Made by a program: the position numbers and the translations under genes. The notes under the pieces were generated by a model. The model saw only the letters and a program-made list of their open reading frames with translations. It did not search any database and was not told the DNA's origin. A stretch of DNA of 64,000 nt from a virus, in IMG/VR virus record IMGVR_UViG_3300037089_000505, positions 1-64,000 of that record; one strand, given 5' to 3'. Below, one piece after another: positions 18,842-29,191 of this stretch (the first letter of the stretch is position 1; every line of letters starts with the position of its first letter).

Positions 18842-19546
18842 ATGGCTTACAACGCTATCAAAAATTTCATCATGGGAAGAATGGGTTATCCCAGAGTTAA
18901 AGTTTATATTACAGAAGAGCAGCTGGATGATTGCATCTGGGAAGCTATGAGCTATTACTTTGAATATAGGGATGATATAATCCGTGAGAGTTATATTTCA
19001 GGAACGGCATATGTCGGCGAATATACACTTCCTCCAACTATCGTTCCAAAATATATACATAACGTAATCTTTAAACCGACAGACCCCCTGTTCAGTTTAA
19101 CAGGAGTAATGCAAGACGTCTATCTGTTGTATTATTTACAGAACGCAGGCGGCGCCGCAAACTTCATCGTAGACTATTGGATGACGCTGTCCAACTATAA
19201 GGAATATGAACGTGTATTAGGAAACCAACCGCACTGGGATATAATTAATGGCAACGTCTTGAAATTAGACCCCACACCGTCTATTGACTTCCAAATTGGA
19301 ATTAGATATATGGCTTTACCCGACGAGACTACTATTGAAAACACAAGGTGGATTAGACTCTTCGCTTTAGCTTGTGCAAAATCTGTAGAAGGTGAAATTC
19401 GAGAAAAGTTTTCTACGCTTCAAGCTGGTAGTGGCGAGATTAGTCTAAATGGAGCAGCACTTAAAGCTGAAGGTGAAGTAGAAAAACAAAGACTCTGGGA
19501 TGAGAACTTTTCAAAACAGCTCCCGCTGGGTATGTTATTTGGTTGA
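18842..19546 (+). CDS. gp13: Neck protein, T4 gp13-like
   Basis: MGYPRVKVYITEEQLDDCI, WIRLFALA, SLNGAALKAEG; RBS GGAGG; AAGATAA at 18818. Confidence 0.8.
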   Translation: MAYNAIKNFIMGRMGYPRVKVYITEEQLDDCIWEAMSYYFEYRDDIIRESYISGTAYVGEYTLPPTIVPKYIHNVIFKPTDPLFSLTGVMQDVYLLYYLQNAGGAANFIVDYWMTLSNYKEYERVLGNQPHWDIINGNVLKLDPTPSIDFQIGIRYMALPDETTIENTRWIRLFALACAKSVEGEIREKFSTLQAGSGEISLNGAALKAEGEVEKQRLWDENFSKQLPLGMLFG

Positions 19547-19629
19547 GTTGAAAATTTCTCTAAACAAAATCTAAAAATCTCTCAATATTTAGCATATTTC
19601 TCTAAGATAACAAAATCAAGGAGAAACTT

Positions 19630-20451
19630 ATGTTTTGTAAAATATGTGGGAAAGAATTTCCTAACAAAAAAACTCGGCGGGGCCCCAAAAAATATTGCTC
19701 TGTACAATGTACGAATAAGGATCGCAAAAACATTGGAAGCAGAAAACCAGGTAGATATAAAAAAGTTTTAGTTGAGCGCCATCATACTTGTATTTATTGT
19801 AAGAAAGACTTTTCTAATAGACGAAAGAAAGCTAAATACTGCTCTAAGCGATGTAGCGAGTTGGGCTGGAAAAAAAATAAACGCTCCTGCCCAATTTGTG
19901 GTAAGTCTGTAGTACGTAAACACGGCGAATCAACAACTCACGACAACAAACAAATTTATTGTAGTGTAGAATGTCGAGGTATCGCCGAACGAAAACCAAG
20001 ACCTAACTGTTTAATCTGTGGCGGTGAATGTAAACACTGGTATAGTAGAACTTGCTCTATGAATTGTCAAGCTGAATTCAAGCGCATATTCCACTTACTA
20101 CGAATTAAGAAGGCTTTGGCCATCGGCGTCCAGTTAAATCCCTTCTACAACTTAGACGCTTGCAAATGGTTTGAGCAGTATGATAAAGACAACAACACGA
20201 TCGGTAAATACGCAACTAATGGTGGCGAAGAGTTTGTAAAAGGCTATTGGCTTGATTATATCAATCATGACAAAAAGCTAATTATCGAATGGAACGAGAA
20301 GCAGCACTACAACAAAGATGGATCTCTTAGAAAAAGAGATATAAGAAAAAGAGACGACATTCTAAAGTCTTTTCCAGCCTACGAGTTCTGGTCTATCAAA
20401 GAAGACACAATGCAAATCGACAAGATAATTCTTAATGGCGTGGTTAGTTAA
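19630..20451 (+). CDS. Putative homing endonuclease: Zn-finger repeats plus PD-(D/E)xK-type domain
   Basis: Four CxxC...YCSxxC repeats; YWLDYINHDKKLIIEWNEKQH. Confidence 0.7.
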   Translation: MFCKICGKEFPNKKTRRGPKKYCSVQCTNKDRKNIGSRKPGRYKKVLVERHHTCIYCKKDFSNRRKKAKYCSKRCSELGWKKNKRSCPICGKSVVRKHGESTTHDNKQIYCSVECRGIAERKPRPNCLICGGECKHWYSRTCSMNCQAEFKRIFHLLRIKKALAIGVQLNPFYNLDACKWFEQYDKDNNTIGKYATNGGEEFVKGYWLDYINHDKKLIIEWNEKQHYNKDGSLRKRDIRKRDDILKSFPAYEFWSIKEDTMQIDKIILNGVVS

Positions 20452-21249
20452 TGACTCTGACGGATATTATATACTCTACAAAACAGCAGGAGCCAAATCC
20501 GTCGCAGAAAGATATGATATTGCACCCGGTTATTTTTCAAAGAAACTAGTAAGCCCAAATACAATTTTTGAAACTGAGGGACTAAGACCCATCCACCGCT
20601 ATGATATTATAAAATTGGTTTGGAGTAAAGTGTGAAAATTAGATTTTTCAAATGGTATGAGAGAGAACACGGCGAATTACCAGGGATAGCGCTTGGAACA
20701 ATAAAAGACTATGCTATTAACAACGTATTTTCAAAAGATCCTAACTCATCTGATATACTTGCAATATGGTATAAAGATGGCAAATGGCGTCGAGGCGATA
20801 CATGGGCGTGGGGCGCTGTAGTTCCAAATCTCACTCGTGAATTAAATATGAATTTTAACTTAGTTAAGCGGCCGTCTAAATTAGACTATATAGATTTTAG
20901 ATCGGCAATTAAGAAATTGTTTAACAAAGAATATTTGCTTAGAAAATGAAAATTAGAGATATTTTTAGGTAAAAGAATGACACTCAAAAAATGGCGTTGG
21001 TATAAAACGCTCAATATGTATATCATGCCTACAAAAATAGTTAAAGCAAAGGGCACAGAGTATTTTGACTACTTTGAATATAACGATGAAAAGGAACGAT
21101 TGAGATATTTCGTAAATATACCTGATGATCAATTTTATGGTATAGATAACAGAGATTTTTTTGGTCGTTGGAAATTAACCACTAAAATTCAACATAAAAT
21201 GATAAAGACAGCATTTAGACCGAAGACGCACTATTAAGCGGAGGACACA

Positions 21250-21561
21250 ATGGAACTAGGTAATTTATTCAGAATGTTAGGCGAAGAACTAAATGAGGCT
21301 TTGGCCCCACAAGTTCACATGGCCAGACGGCGAGCAATGAAATCACAACTGGAAACAGATAAGCCAGGGACTGAAAGTGAAAGCAATGGACAATGGCAAT
21401 ACACTTCTTCGCAAGGTATAAAAGTCACAGAGCTAAAAGATGACACCTGGGAAGTTGAATTTGAGGGTAAAAAAGAAAAAGGTGATTTTGAAACTATCCT
21501 CAAGAAGGCAAAGGCAGCCTCTAAACTACACTATAGTCGAAGAGAATCCAAACTAAGCTAA
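21250..21561 (+). CDS. Small protein with Glu-containing leader (possible internal head protein)
   Basis: MELGNLFRMLGEELNEA; strong RBS ggagga. Confidence 0.6.
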   Translation: MELGNLFRMLGEELNEALAPQVHMARRRAMKSQLETDKPGTESESNGQWQYTSSQGIKVTELKDDTWEVEFEGKKEKGDFETILKKAKAASKLHYSRRESKLS

Positions 21562-24105
21562 ATGTATTTTCGTTATAAGTTGTGGATTAATACGCAAGGT
21601 CAAAAGTGAACGTAGAAAAATATCAAGTTGGTAAGTGGTATGCAACTGATAGTGCGCTCTCCATCCAAACAGGACTTCCATCAGGCAATGGTTTTTATTG
21701 GATTTTAATAGGAAATGGGCGTCATGTAGTCATAGATGCTCGTAAAATAAACATAACCTCTAACCCTCAATTGTATGGGGCAAAACTTACTAAATATAAT
21801 AGGCTACTAACTATTGCTGAGGCGTCTGCAGCGAGTAAGGAATTTGTTAAGCGTTTGTTTAAAGAAGAGTTAATTAAGATATGAAATTCGAGCATCCATA
21901 TAAACAATATTTGGGTAAGCTGATAATCAACCCAGATAAAAATTGGTATTATCCGACGCGAATTTTAGCAACTCAAGGTACTATTAAAAAAGAAGGCGGT
22001 AAAGATTTTATTAGATTTTTCGGAATCAACGATAGAGCTTTAGCCACATTCCCAAATGTGGCCGCCCCAAGAGTTTTTAGCTTAGCTAAAGAATGGGCAA
22101 CTACAAAAGTGATGCCCATTACAGAGTCTTATTATCACCTTATATTAAAATCTGCTTTCAATAAGGATAATAGTAAATGGCTATAAAGTACCATGCATGG
22201 GTTTGGACTAGTAAGAATTGGAAAGATAGTTTCAGGATAGATAAGGTTGAACATCTATACACTAAAAAGGGAACGGCCTATATAAAACTACTAGAGTTAA
22301 TTAAGACAAACACTAAAGAGTTTCCTTTCTCAAGTCCAGGTTATGGAGTAATCAGCACAGAAGAAGTATCACCTAATCGCTTGTTCAAAACATTAGATGA
22401 GGCGCGACACCTTGTTATAAGAGAAATAATTCCATGACAGAACCACTAAAGTTCAAAAAACCATTCGAACAATATGTGGGTCGAACTCTTGTAGATATAG
22501 AAGCAGCCCATGGTAAAATCTATCTAGTCAAATATCTATCTAAGAAAGATCCCAGTAACTTAGATAGAAAAGGCTATTTAGGTGTAGGCTATAATTCTGA
22601 AATAGAAATAAGAGAGTTTTGGTTTCATGATGGCCTGTATTATTTAAAACCGATTAGCTATGACAATAAAAAAGAAGTAGTGAGAGCAATTTTCAATGAA
22701 GCTGAATGAATTTATAAAAGTCTCATCATTTTCTAAGTTCCCTGAGGCTAAAAAAAGATATAGGCCGGGTAATGTTATATTTTGGAAACAGAAGCCCGAT
22801 TTCTATAATTGGTATATTGTTAAAGACGTGGACGAACTTAGTATAAATGGTGTGTATATATCGATAAGTATACCCGGAGGACCATCTTCAGAAACGATTC
22901 CACTTTTCAAAGACGATACTGCATTAGAGTCAATTGGTGAAGATGTAAAAGTTGTAAATAAACATCATCTAATTAAGGGTTTGTTTGGGGATATAAAATG
23001 AACTTCAAAGATGTAAGACCCGGACAAATTTTCGAATACAATATGGTTTATAATACTGAGCATTTATTGATATTGAGTAAAGAAAAAAATAAGCTGGGCA
23101 TAACTATCGTCAACTGTGTTTCTGAAGCGGATGGTACTTTTGAGTTTTTCGACCTAGATAAAGATAGATGGTCAAAAGAGAACTACGAATTAATAGTAAA
23201 CATAGAAGAGCTGAGAGAAAGAAGAAGAGATTTCATATACAACAGTTTTGAACAAAGAGATGAAGTTTAGTAAATGGTAGGTTTACAAAAATTGAAATAC
23301 TATGTAAATTTTTGGGGCGGGGATGAGTGGCAGGGCGTGTGGGATAAAGAGGTTCCAACAGATAGTTTTTGTATAGATAAAATTAGCTCGCGTTACTTTA
23401 GCGAATTTAGTTCTAATGTAGAAATAGTAGAACACGTAGTATATTATGCTACAAGAAATACAGATTCGCCAACTAACGAAGTTGGTGATAAAGTTGCTAT
23501 CCGCAACAAGGATCCAAACTTGTTTGATAGTTTAGAAGACGCTAAACACCACGTCATAAGAGTATTCCTCAAATGACAAAATACGGTGTCTGGTTTGAAA
23601 ATGATACGCTCAATCAATTTTGCATAGACGAATTAGAAGTAGACCCAAAATATAACTCATATAACTTTCAAGGAATTTTCATTAGAAACATATTGGAAAC
23701 TAAACGTATGAAGGAAAACTCAGATCGACCAAAGAAAGGATCAAAAATGGGCTGGGAAAATTATATGAATCTATTTAAGTCAGTAGGAGAGGCAAAGGCT
23801 TTTCTTATCAAAAAGGCTTTTAGAAATGATATTTAAAAAACCGTATTCACAATACAGTGGTAAGTGGTATAAGAGGACTGATGTAGAAGAAGATATTGTC
23901 TATTATATAGTAAGCGGCTATGAAGCGAAGGGTCATATATCAGATTGGCCACGACCCTGGAGAATGGTAGTATTAACAAAAGGCCAAGATTATTACTCGT
24001 CTAAAATGACTGTACATATATCACAAAAAGATTTACGCAAATATAATCCGGAAACAAATGATAAGGCAAGAGTACTAAAAACAATATTCGGGGAAGGTTG
24101 GAGAA

Positions 24106-24645
24106 GTGGATAATAAGAGATCATTAAGAAGAATACCCGCACCTGGAGCTGATGTAAAAAAAATTTTACAACACTTGAAATCTCAGGGAGTTGTTCGAAC
24201 AAACTCTAAAGATGGTGATGCAGCAGCTGAGCAATTGATCAAAGATGGTTACATAAGCGATGAGAATATAGTAACTAGAACAGATCAATTTACCTTACTA
24301 ACTAATTTGATTCATGATGCAAAAATATTAGAAGTAACTAAGCTGATAGACACTGTCCCTAAACACAAAATAGACGATTGGCTTTGGAAACTCGACAGAT
24401 ACAAATACAGGAAATACCCGGCCACATCTATAGCCATAGAAAAGCTAAAAGATAGGAAAGTAGACAAGTTTGCCAAGCTAATTACTTTAATAAGAAATAG
24501 AAGAGAATTGGATATGACAGGCCTAATAGATACAATCCGACGCCAAGAGATAGGTGCTTGGATTGAGAGACTAGAAAAAGGATACAATAGTCTACCTTAT
24601 ACAGCAGTTGCTATTGCAAAATTGAAAAACAGAAGAGGATTCTAA
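24106..24645 (+). CDS. Helical protein with an internal tandem duplication
   Basis: Two ~58-aa repeats F..LI.LI...LIDT.....I..W...L.....P.T..AI.KLK.R. Confidence 0.7.
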   Translation: MDNKRSLRRIPAPGADVKKILQHLKSQGVVRTNSKDGDAAAEQLIKDGYISDENIVTRTDQFTLLTNLIHDAKILEVTKLIDTVPKHKIDDWLWKLDRYKYRKYPATSIAIEKLKDRKVDKFAKLITLIRNRRELDMTGLIDTIRRQEIGAWIERLEKGYNSLPYTAVAIAKLKNRRGF

Positions 24646-24886
24646 GTGGGCAAGATTTTTTATGAGCCACCAACAAATAATTACTTTGAAGCTTGGGACC
24701 TTTACAAAAACAATAACAAAGATATACTAAGAATTGCATATGACCCAGAATCGGATAATTTAGATGCTTTAACTCTTCAAGGCGATGCAGAAGAAGAGCC
24801 GGCTAAACCAGCCACTGAGGCACAGCTACAAAAACTTATAAGAATGATCTTTAATGTAAAAAGTATATATAGGGAGCGGGAAGAAG

Positions 24887-25114
24887 ATGAGTAATAACAT
24901 GTATGATATTTTGAACGAGTGGGAAGAATTTACAACAGTGAGTGGTAAAATTCCCCATAAACATGGTTACAAAGTAGATGATAAAGGTGATGGTAAAACT
25001 ACCAACACAATTAGTGAAGGTGAAAAAAAATCACCCAAACATATTCATGAAATAAAAATGTGGAAGGCATTAGCTGTGGGTGGCGATAACCACACTCATC
25101 AAATAAAAATATGA
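24887..25114 (+). CDS. His-motif (HxH repeat) small protein
   Basis: HKH, HIH and HTH motifs. Confidence 0.6.
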   Translation: MSNNMYDILNEWEEFTTVSGKIPHKHGYKVDDKGDGKTTNTISEGEKKSPKHIHEIKMWKALAVGGDNHTHQIKI

Positions 25115-26138
25115 CGATGTATTACTACAGCAAAGACCAACCCGGAAAGTATGTAGAACTAACTTGGGTAATGTATAAACCTAATGGAAGTTCTTTGTGG
25201 GTAAGAGTTAACTACGCGACCTACAATTTAGTTTATACTTGGGTGAATGTGTCTACTGAAAAGCCTGATATGGACAAGATGACTGAAATTGAAGCCAGAA
25301 AACTAATGAAACTGATATTTAAGATTAAAAAATTAAAGCAGCGGGAAATCAAGAAATATGAAAGTTGAAGGTAAGTGGTATACACATGAATCAACTAATG
25401 CAATAGCCTTTGCAATAGGTCCAATAAGTTTAATGACTGTAGGTCGCCGATCAATATGGATTTCTGCAATGCAGGAAGATTTTTATAAAGTATGGACCCA
25501 AATTCCTTGGGATAAATCTGGAAGTAAGTATAGTCATCATTTAATTAAGAAAACATTCATAGCAAAGATAATTATATGAACTTTGAAGAAATTAGAGCCG
25601 GTCAAATTATTGAGCACAATAAAACTTATTATACAGAGTGGTTGTTCGTATTAGAAAGAAAAAAGAATTTGATTTGGACTTTGAAAGATACAGGTGATGA
25701 CATAATAGAACGTGTAATAATTAGTAAATTAGTTTGGGATGAAGATCATAGAAGTGATGAAATTTTGGGTAATAAAGAAGAAGCCAGCGAAAGAAGAAAA
25801 GACTATATCGTTTTTATGTGGAATAGTCGACTATGAATTATGAGGGTAAGTGGTATTCTAATTTACTAGGTAAGCCAGAAGAACTATCTTTTGTATTAAG
25901 GGCCGTTCCTGGTAAGGCGCAACCTCACCCGCCGAACGCGGCGCTAAAGAAGATTGGATCAATTTAGAAATGTTATATCTTACTAGAAAATATGTAGCGA
26001 TAACAAAACAGGTAATCGTTGAAAAATTTCTATTGAGACCATTAAAGGGCTATGAAATTGATCGGCCCAAGCAGATGCTCATAATCAAGCTTTTCAACAA
26101 ACTAGAATTGAATAGAATGTATTTTTAATGGAGAAAAT

Positions 26139-26861
26139 ATGAAGCTATGTAGGACCTGCAACAAAGAGTTACCGAAAAACAGAAAACTCTATTGCTCTAA
26201 TAACTGCAAACGGCATGAGCGCAAAGAGTTATTATGTAAAGTCTGTGGTAAATCTATTCCCATAAAAAGAAAACGAAGAACAACTTTTTGTTCTGAGGAA
26301 TGTCATCAAAAATCTTGTAGAGGCCCTGGCAATCCCATGTATGGTAAGGCAAGCGCTATGAAAGGGAAACCTGGTGCAATGCTTGGCAAGAAACATAAAA
26401 TTAGCACTATTGATAAAATGAGTTTAACGCGCAAAAAACAATGGAGTGATGCTGAATTTAGAAAAGTTATGATAGATAAATTAGCAAAGGGTAGGGGCAA
26501 CTCTAGACCAGAGTTAAAAGTTAAAGAAATTTTAGATAATTTGGGTATAACCTATAAAAGAGAAAAGCTTGAGAAAAAGTATCTATATGATTTTTACATT
26601 CCAATTAAAAATATATACATAGAAGTTAATGGCGATTTTTGGCACGCCAATCCTAACAAATACATGGCTGACTCTGAGTTGTCCTTTCCGGGCTACGGTA
26701 AAATAAAAGCTAAACACCTTTGGGACAAAGATAAAAAGAAAAGAGAATATGTAGAAGGTTTAGGCGCCAAGTATGTTTGCATTTGGGAATCAGAGTTGAA
26801 AGACAAAGATGCGAACATACTATTAACAGAGAGGTTAAATCATGCCGGATTTTCCATTTGA
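26139..26861 (+). CDS. Putative homing endonuclease (Zn fingers, NUMOD3-like, Vsr/DUF559-like nuclease)
   Basis: CxxC/YCS repeats, GKKHKISTIDKMS, YDFYIP...IEVNGDFWH...IWE. Confidence 0.8.
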   Translation: MKLCRTCNKELPKNRKLYCSNNCKRHERKELLCKVCGKSIPIKRKRRTTFCSEECHQKSCRGPGNPMYGKASAMKGKPGAMLGKKHKISTIDKMSLTRKKQWSDAEFRKVMIDKLAKGRGNSRPELKVKEILDNLGITYKREKLEKKYLYDFYIPIKNIYIEVNGDFWHANPNKYMADSELSFPGYGKIKAKHLWDKDKKKREYVEGLGAKYVCIWESELKDKDANILLTERLNHAGFSI

Positions 26862-27390
26862 ACTATATGACCCAGAGAATAATTTTGAATTAGAGTTATT
26901 TGATCTTGTGGATCAGGAAAGAATGGCAATTCAAGGTTCACCTCTTTTTATTTGGGCATTTGATTTAGCAGCAACTAGGCTATCTAACGACGAAGCAGAA
27001 ATTGGGATTCCTGATGAGGGCTTAGATTTGAATACTTTATACGGCGAAGCTTTACCCGAGCACATGGTTTTCCACGGACCTTTTGGTCCCATCAAAGGCG
27101 CTTATATAACTCCTACGTGGACACAAGATTTAATGGCGTTCGGTATTACAGAGCCAGAGGAGATAAACATAAAATTCAACAAGAATCAACTCATCACATT
27201 ACTAGGTCGACCTTTCATCCGCGGTGATGTCCTTAGAACTTTCCATTTGAAGTATTATATAGTAGAAGACACTTATGTAACAGAAGAAACAGTCTTGTGG
27301 AACTACATTCACTTGAATGTCATAGCTAGAAAAGTAGATCAGACGCAATTGAATCTAACTTCGGTTCCGTCCAATGCAGCAGCAGAATAA
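26842..27390 (+). CDS. gp14: Neck/head completion protein, T4 gp14-like
   Basis: E.MAIQG, LYGEA...F, FGI...EEI.I.F, P.RGDVL; position between gp13 and gp15. Confidence 0.7.
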   Translation: MPDFPFELYDPENNFELELFDLVDQERMAIQGSPLFIWAFDLAATRLSNDEAEIGIPDEGLDLNTLYGEALPEHMVFHGPFGPIKGAYITPTWTQDLMAFGITEPEEINIKFNKNQLITLLGRPFIRGDVLRTFHLKYYIVEDTYVTEETVLWNYIHLNVIARKVDQTQLNLTSVPSNAAAE

Positions 27391-27683
27391 TGTTTAAAAT
27401 ATATTGCAGTAGAAGTAAAAGTGGCAGCTTCAGGTGGGCCTATTTGACGAAACGTGTTAATACAAAAGAAGGTTATTACATCAGCTATTTAGCTATCGAA
27501 GGTCCTTTGGTTAAAGCTTCTTTTACTGATATTAATCGGCCCGACCGCTGGAACAGCTGGAATCAAAATCACTTTGAAGATATGTTTGCTCGGCCAGATG
27601 CTTACGGCGGCAGCCTAGAACAGTTGGATATGAAGGATGAAAAGACATTGAAACGCATCGTAAAGAAAATTTGGAAAAAATAA
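27390..27683 (+). CDS. Small protein, C-terminal hIKxhF family
   Basis: Ends TLKRIVKKIWKK. Confidence 0.55.
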   Translation: MFKIYCSRSKSGSFRWAYLTKRVNTKEGYYISYLAIEGPLVKASFTDINRPDRWNSWNQNHFEDMFARPDAYGGSLEQLDMKDEKTLKRIVKKIWKK

Positions 27684-28153
27684 TGGAATACGAAATTAAA
27701 GTAAGACTCACTGGCAAAGCGGATGATTACACAAAACTCAAGCGTAATTTGGGTGAAGCAGTAAATAAGAAAATCTTGCCAGACGTACAAGAATTCTTAA
27801 CTGGGGCTCTACTTTATAGAAACATGAGAGGATTGGGGACTGGCTCAAAAACTAAACCGTTAGATGAATTCAGAGCACAACATGCAGGACTAATTACCTT
27901 GGGGATTCTAGATCATGTGAATAAAAAATATATTGATTTTGGTGATACTCCAGGTGGACAGCCAAAATCTAGCGCAACAGTTACTAAAGGTGGAAGCTCT
28001 CTAATAGTAGATTTCAAATTCACATTAAAAGATTTATCGCCTGACAAAATTGGCATTTCCATTACTCCCCAAAGCATAGTGGCTAAAACATTCAATCCAA
28101 CGTTTATCAACGATATATTTAAGAAAGCCGCCGCAGGCTTGAAAGATAAATAA
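27683..28153 (+). CDS. Hypothetical protein in the neck/tail operon
   Basis: TAATG overlap; located between gp14 and gp15. Confidence 0.6.
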   Translation: MEYEIKVRLTGKADDYTKLKRNLGEAVNKKILPDVQEFLTGALLYRNMRGLGTGSKTKPLDEFRAQHAGLITLGILDHVNKKYIDFGDTPGGQPKSSATVTKGGSSLIVDFKFTLKDLSPDKIGISITPQSIVAKTFNPTFINDIFKKAAAGLKDK

Positions 28154-28154
28154 T

Positions 28155-28913
28155 ATGCAACTTGATTACCCTATTTTTGCTGAATATCACTACTGGCTAA
28201 AGAAGTGGTTTCAATGTTTATTGACATTGCCAAGATTAGATACGCTAAGTATAAAAATTCCCGTAGTATATGCAACTTCGCGGCGCGCATTTGCTTTAGG
28301 CGGATCTGAGCTAGAAGTTGGCAACGAAGGTAAACCGCCTTTGTACGCGCCACCAAATCAGGGCAATAACTGGCTTCCTATTTTAGCTTTTCACATGACT
28401 GGTATGACTCCCGTATTAGGAAAATTTATACCATATGAGCACATTTTATATAGAGCTACTACAAACCCCCCATATTCTTCTAACGGTCAAGTAACTGGTT
28501 ACACAAAACGAAAACCATATCTAACTTTTGAAACTACTTATATAGCTTCTTTATATTGTGCTCTAGTTCAAGATATGGATATTCTAACATGGAAAATAGT
28601 CACAGAATTTAAACCACAAGCTAACTTATGGATTGGTCCACCAGAAACAGTTGGGAATAGAAACGAAGGTGTCTATGCCCAGATGTTACTGGACTCTGTT
28701 ACTGACGCCACTGAATATGAACCGGGTGACATAGGAGAAAGAGTAGTTAGAAAAGATTTTGCTTGGAAGATTACAGAAGCTTATGTTCCTACTTCTATAA
28801 CTGTACTAGACGAGAATATAATAAAAGACGTTTTTATAGACACCTATTATACCGTTCCACCTACTGCTACACAAAGCGGCATTGAGATCGATGTTAACGT
28901 CCCAAAGGGCTGA
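28155..28913 (+). CDS. gp15: Tail terminator / sheath stabilizer, T4 gp15-like
   Basis: IKIPVVYA...LPILAFHMTG; upstream of the sheath gene; AAGATAA 5 nt upstream. Confidence 0.65.
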   Translation: MQLDYPIFAEYHYWLKKWFQCLLTLPRLDTLSIKIPVVYATSRRAFALGGSELEVGNEGKPPLYAPPNQGNNWLPILAFHMTGMTPVLGKFIPYEHILYRATTNPPYSSNGQVTGYTKRKPYLTFETTYIASLYCALVQDMDILTWKIVTEFKPQANLWIGPPETVGNRNEGVYAQMLLDSVTDATEYEPGDIGERVVRKDFAWKITEAYVPTSITVLDENIIKDVFIDTYYTVPPTATQSGIEIDVNVPKG

Positions 28914-28994
28914 GAAGAATTTGAATAGGGTTTATTTTTTGCTGTCATACTCACAAGATAATTTCAACAGAAAATTTTGTGAGGGTGTATTGTA

Positions 28995-29177
28995 ATGAAA
29001 TATATAATTAAGAACAAAACTACTACAACTCATGTATTGCTCCTTAATAATTCTACGTATTATTTGCTTGCTAAAGGCAATAAGGACAAAAGAGATATTG
29101 TAGAAGTTGACTCTTTGACGCCCCAACTGAAGAACATGAAAAACATGAAATTTATACAGATAAACAAAGTTGACTAG
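28995..29177 (+). CDS. Small hypothetical protein upstream of the sheath gene
   Basis: RBS gagggtg; AAGATAA at 28955. Confidence 0.55.
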   Translation: MKYIIKNKTTTTHVLLLNNSTYYLLAKGNKDKRDIVEVDSLTPQLKNMKNMKFIQINKVD

Positions 29178-29191
29178 CGGAGGATTTTTAA

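Larger units (their letters stand above)
20435..26128 (+). other. Array of about 20 tightly packed small ORFs, most ending in an hIKxhF helix
   Basis: ORFs at 20435, 20632, 20977, 21606, 21881, 22177, 22434, 22696, 22998, 23274, 23573, 23826, 24646, 25111, 25358, 25576 and 25833 (frameshifted) share the C-terminal motif; most overlap their neighbours. Confidence 0.8.

Noticed and set aside
20435-26128. Integron-like cassette array or DGR explaining the small-ORF array
   Set aside because: The genes overlap with almost no intergenic DNA; no attC-like repeats, integrase, reverse transcriptase or TR/VR pair is visible
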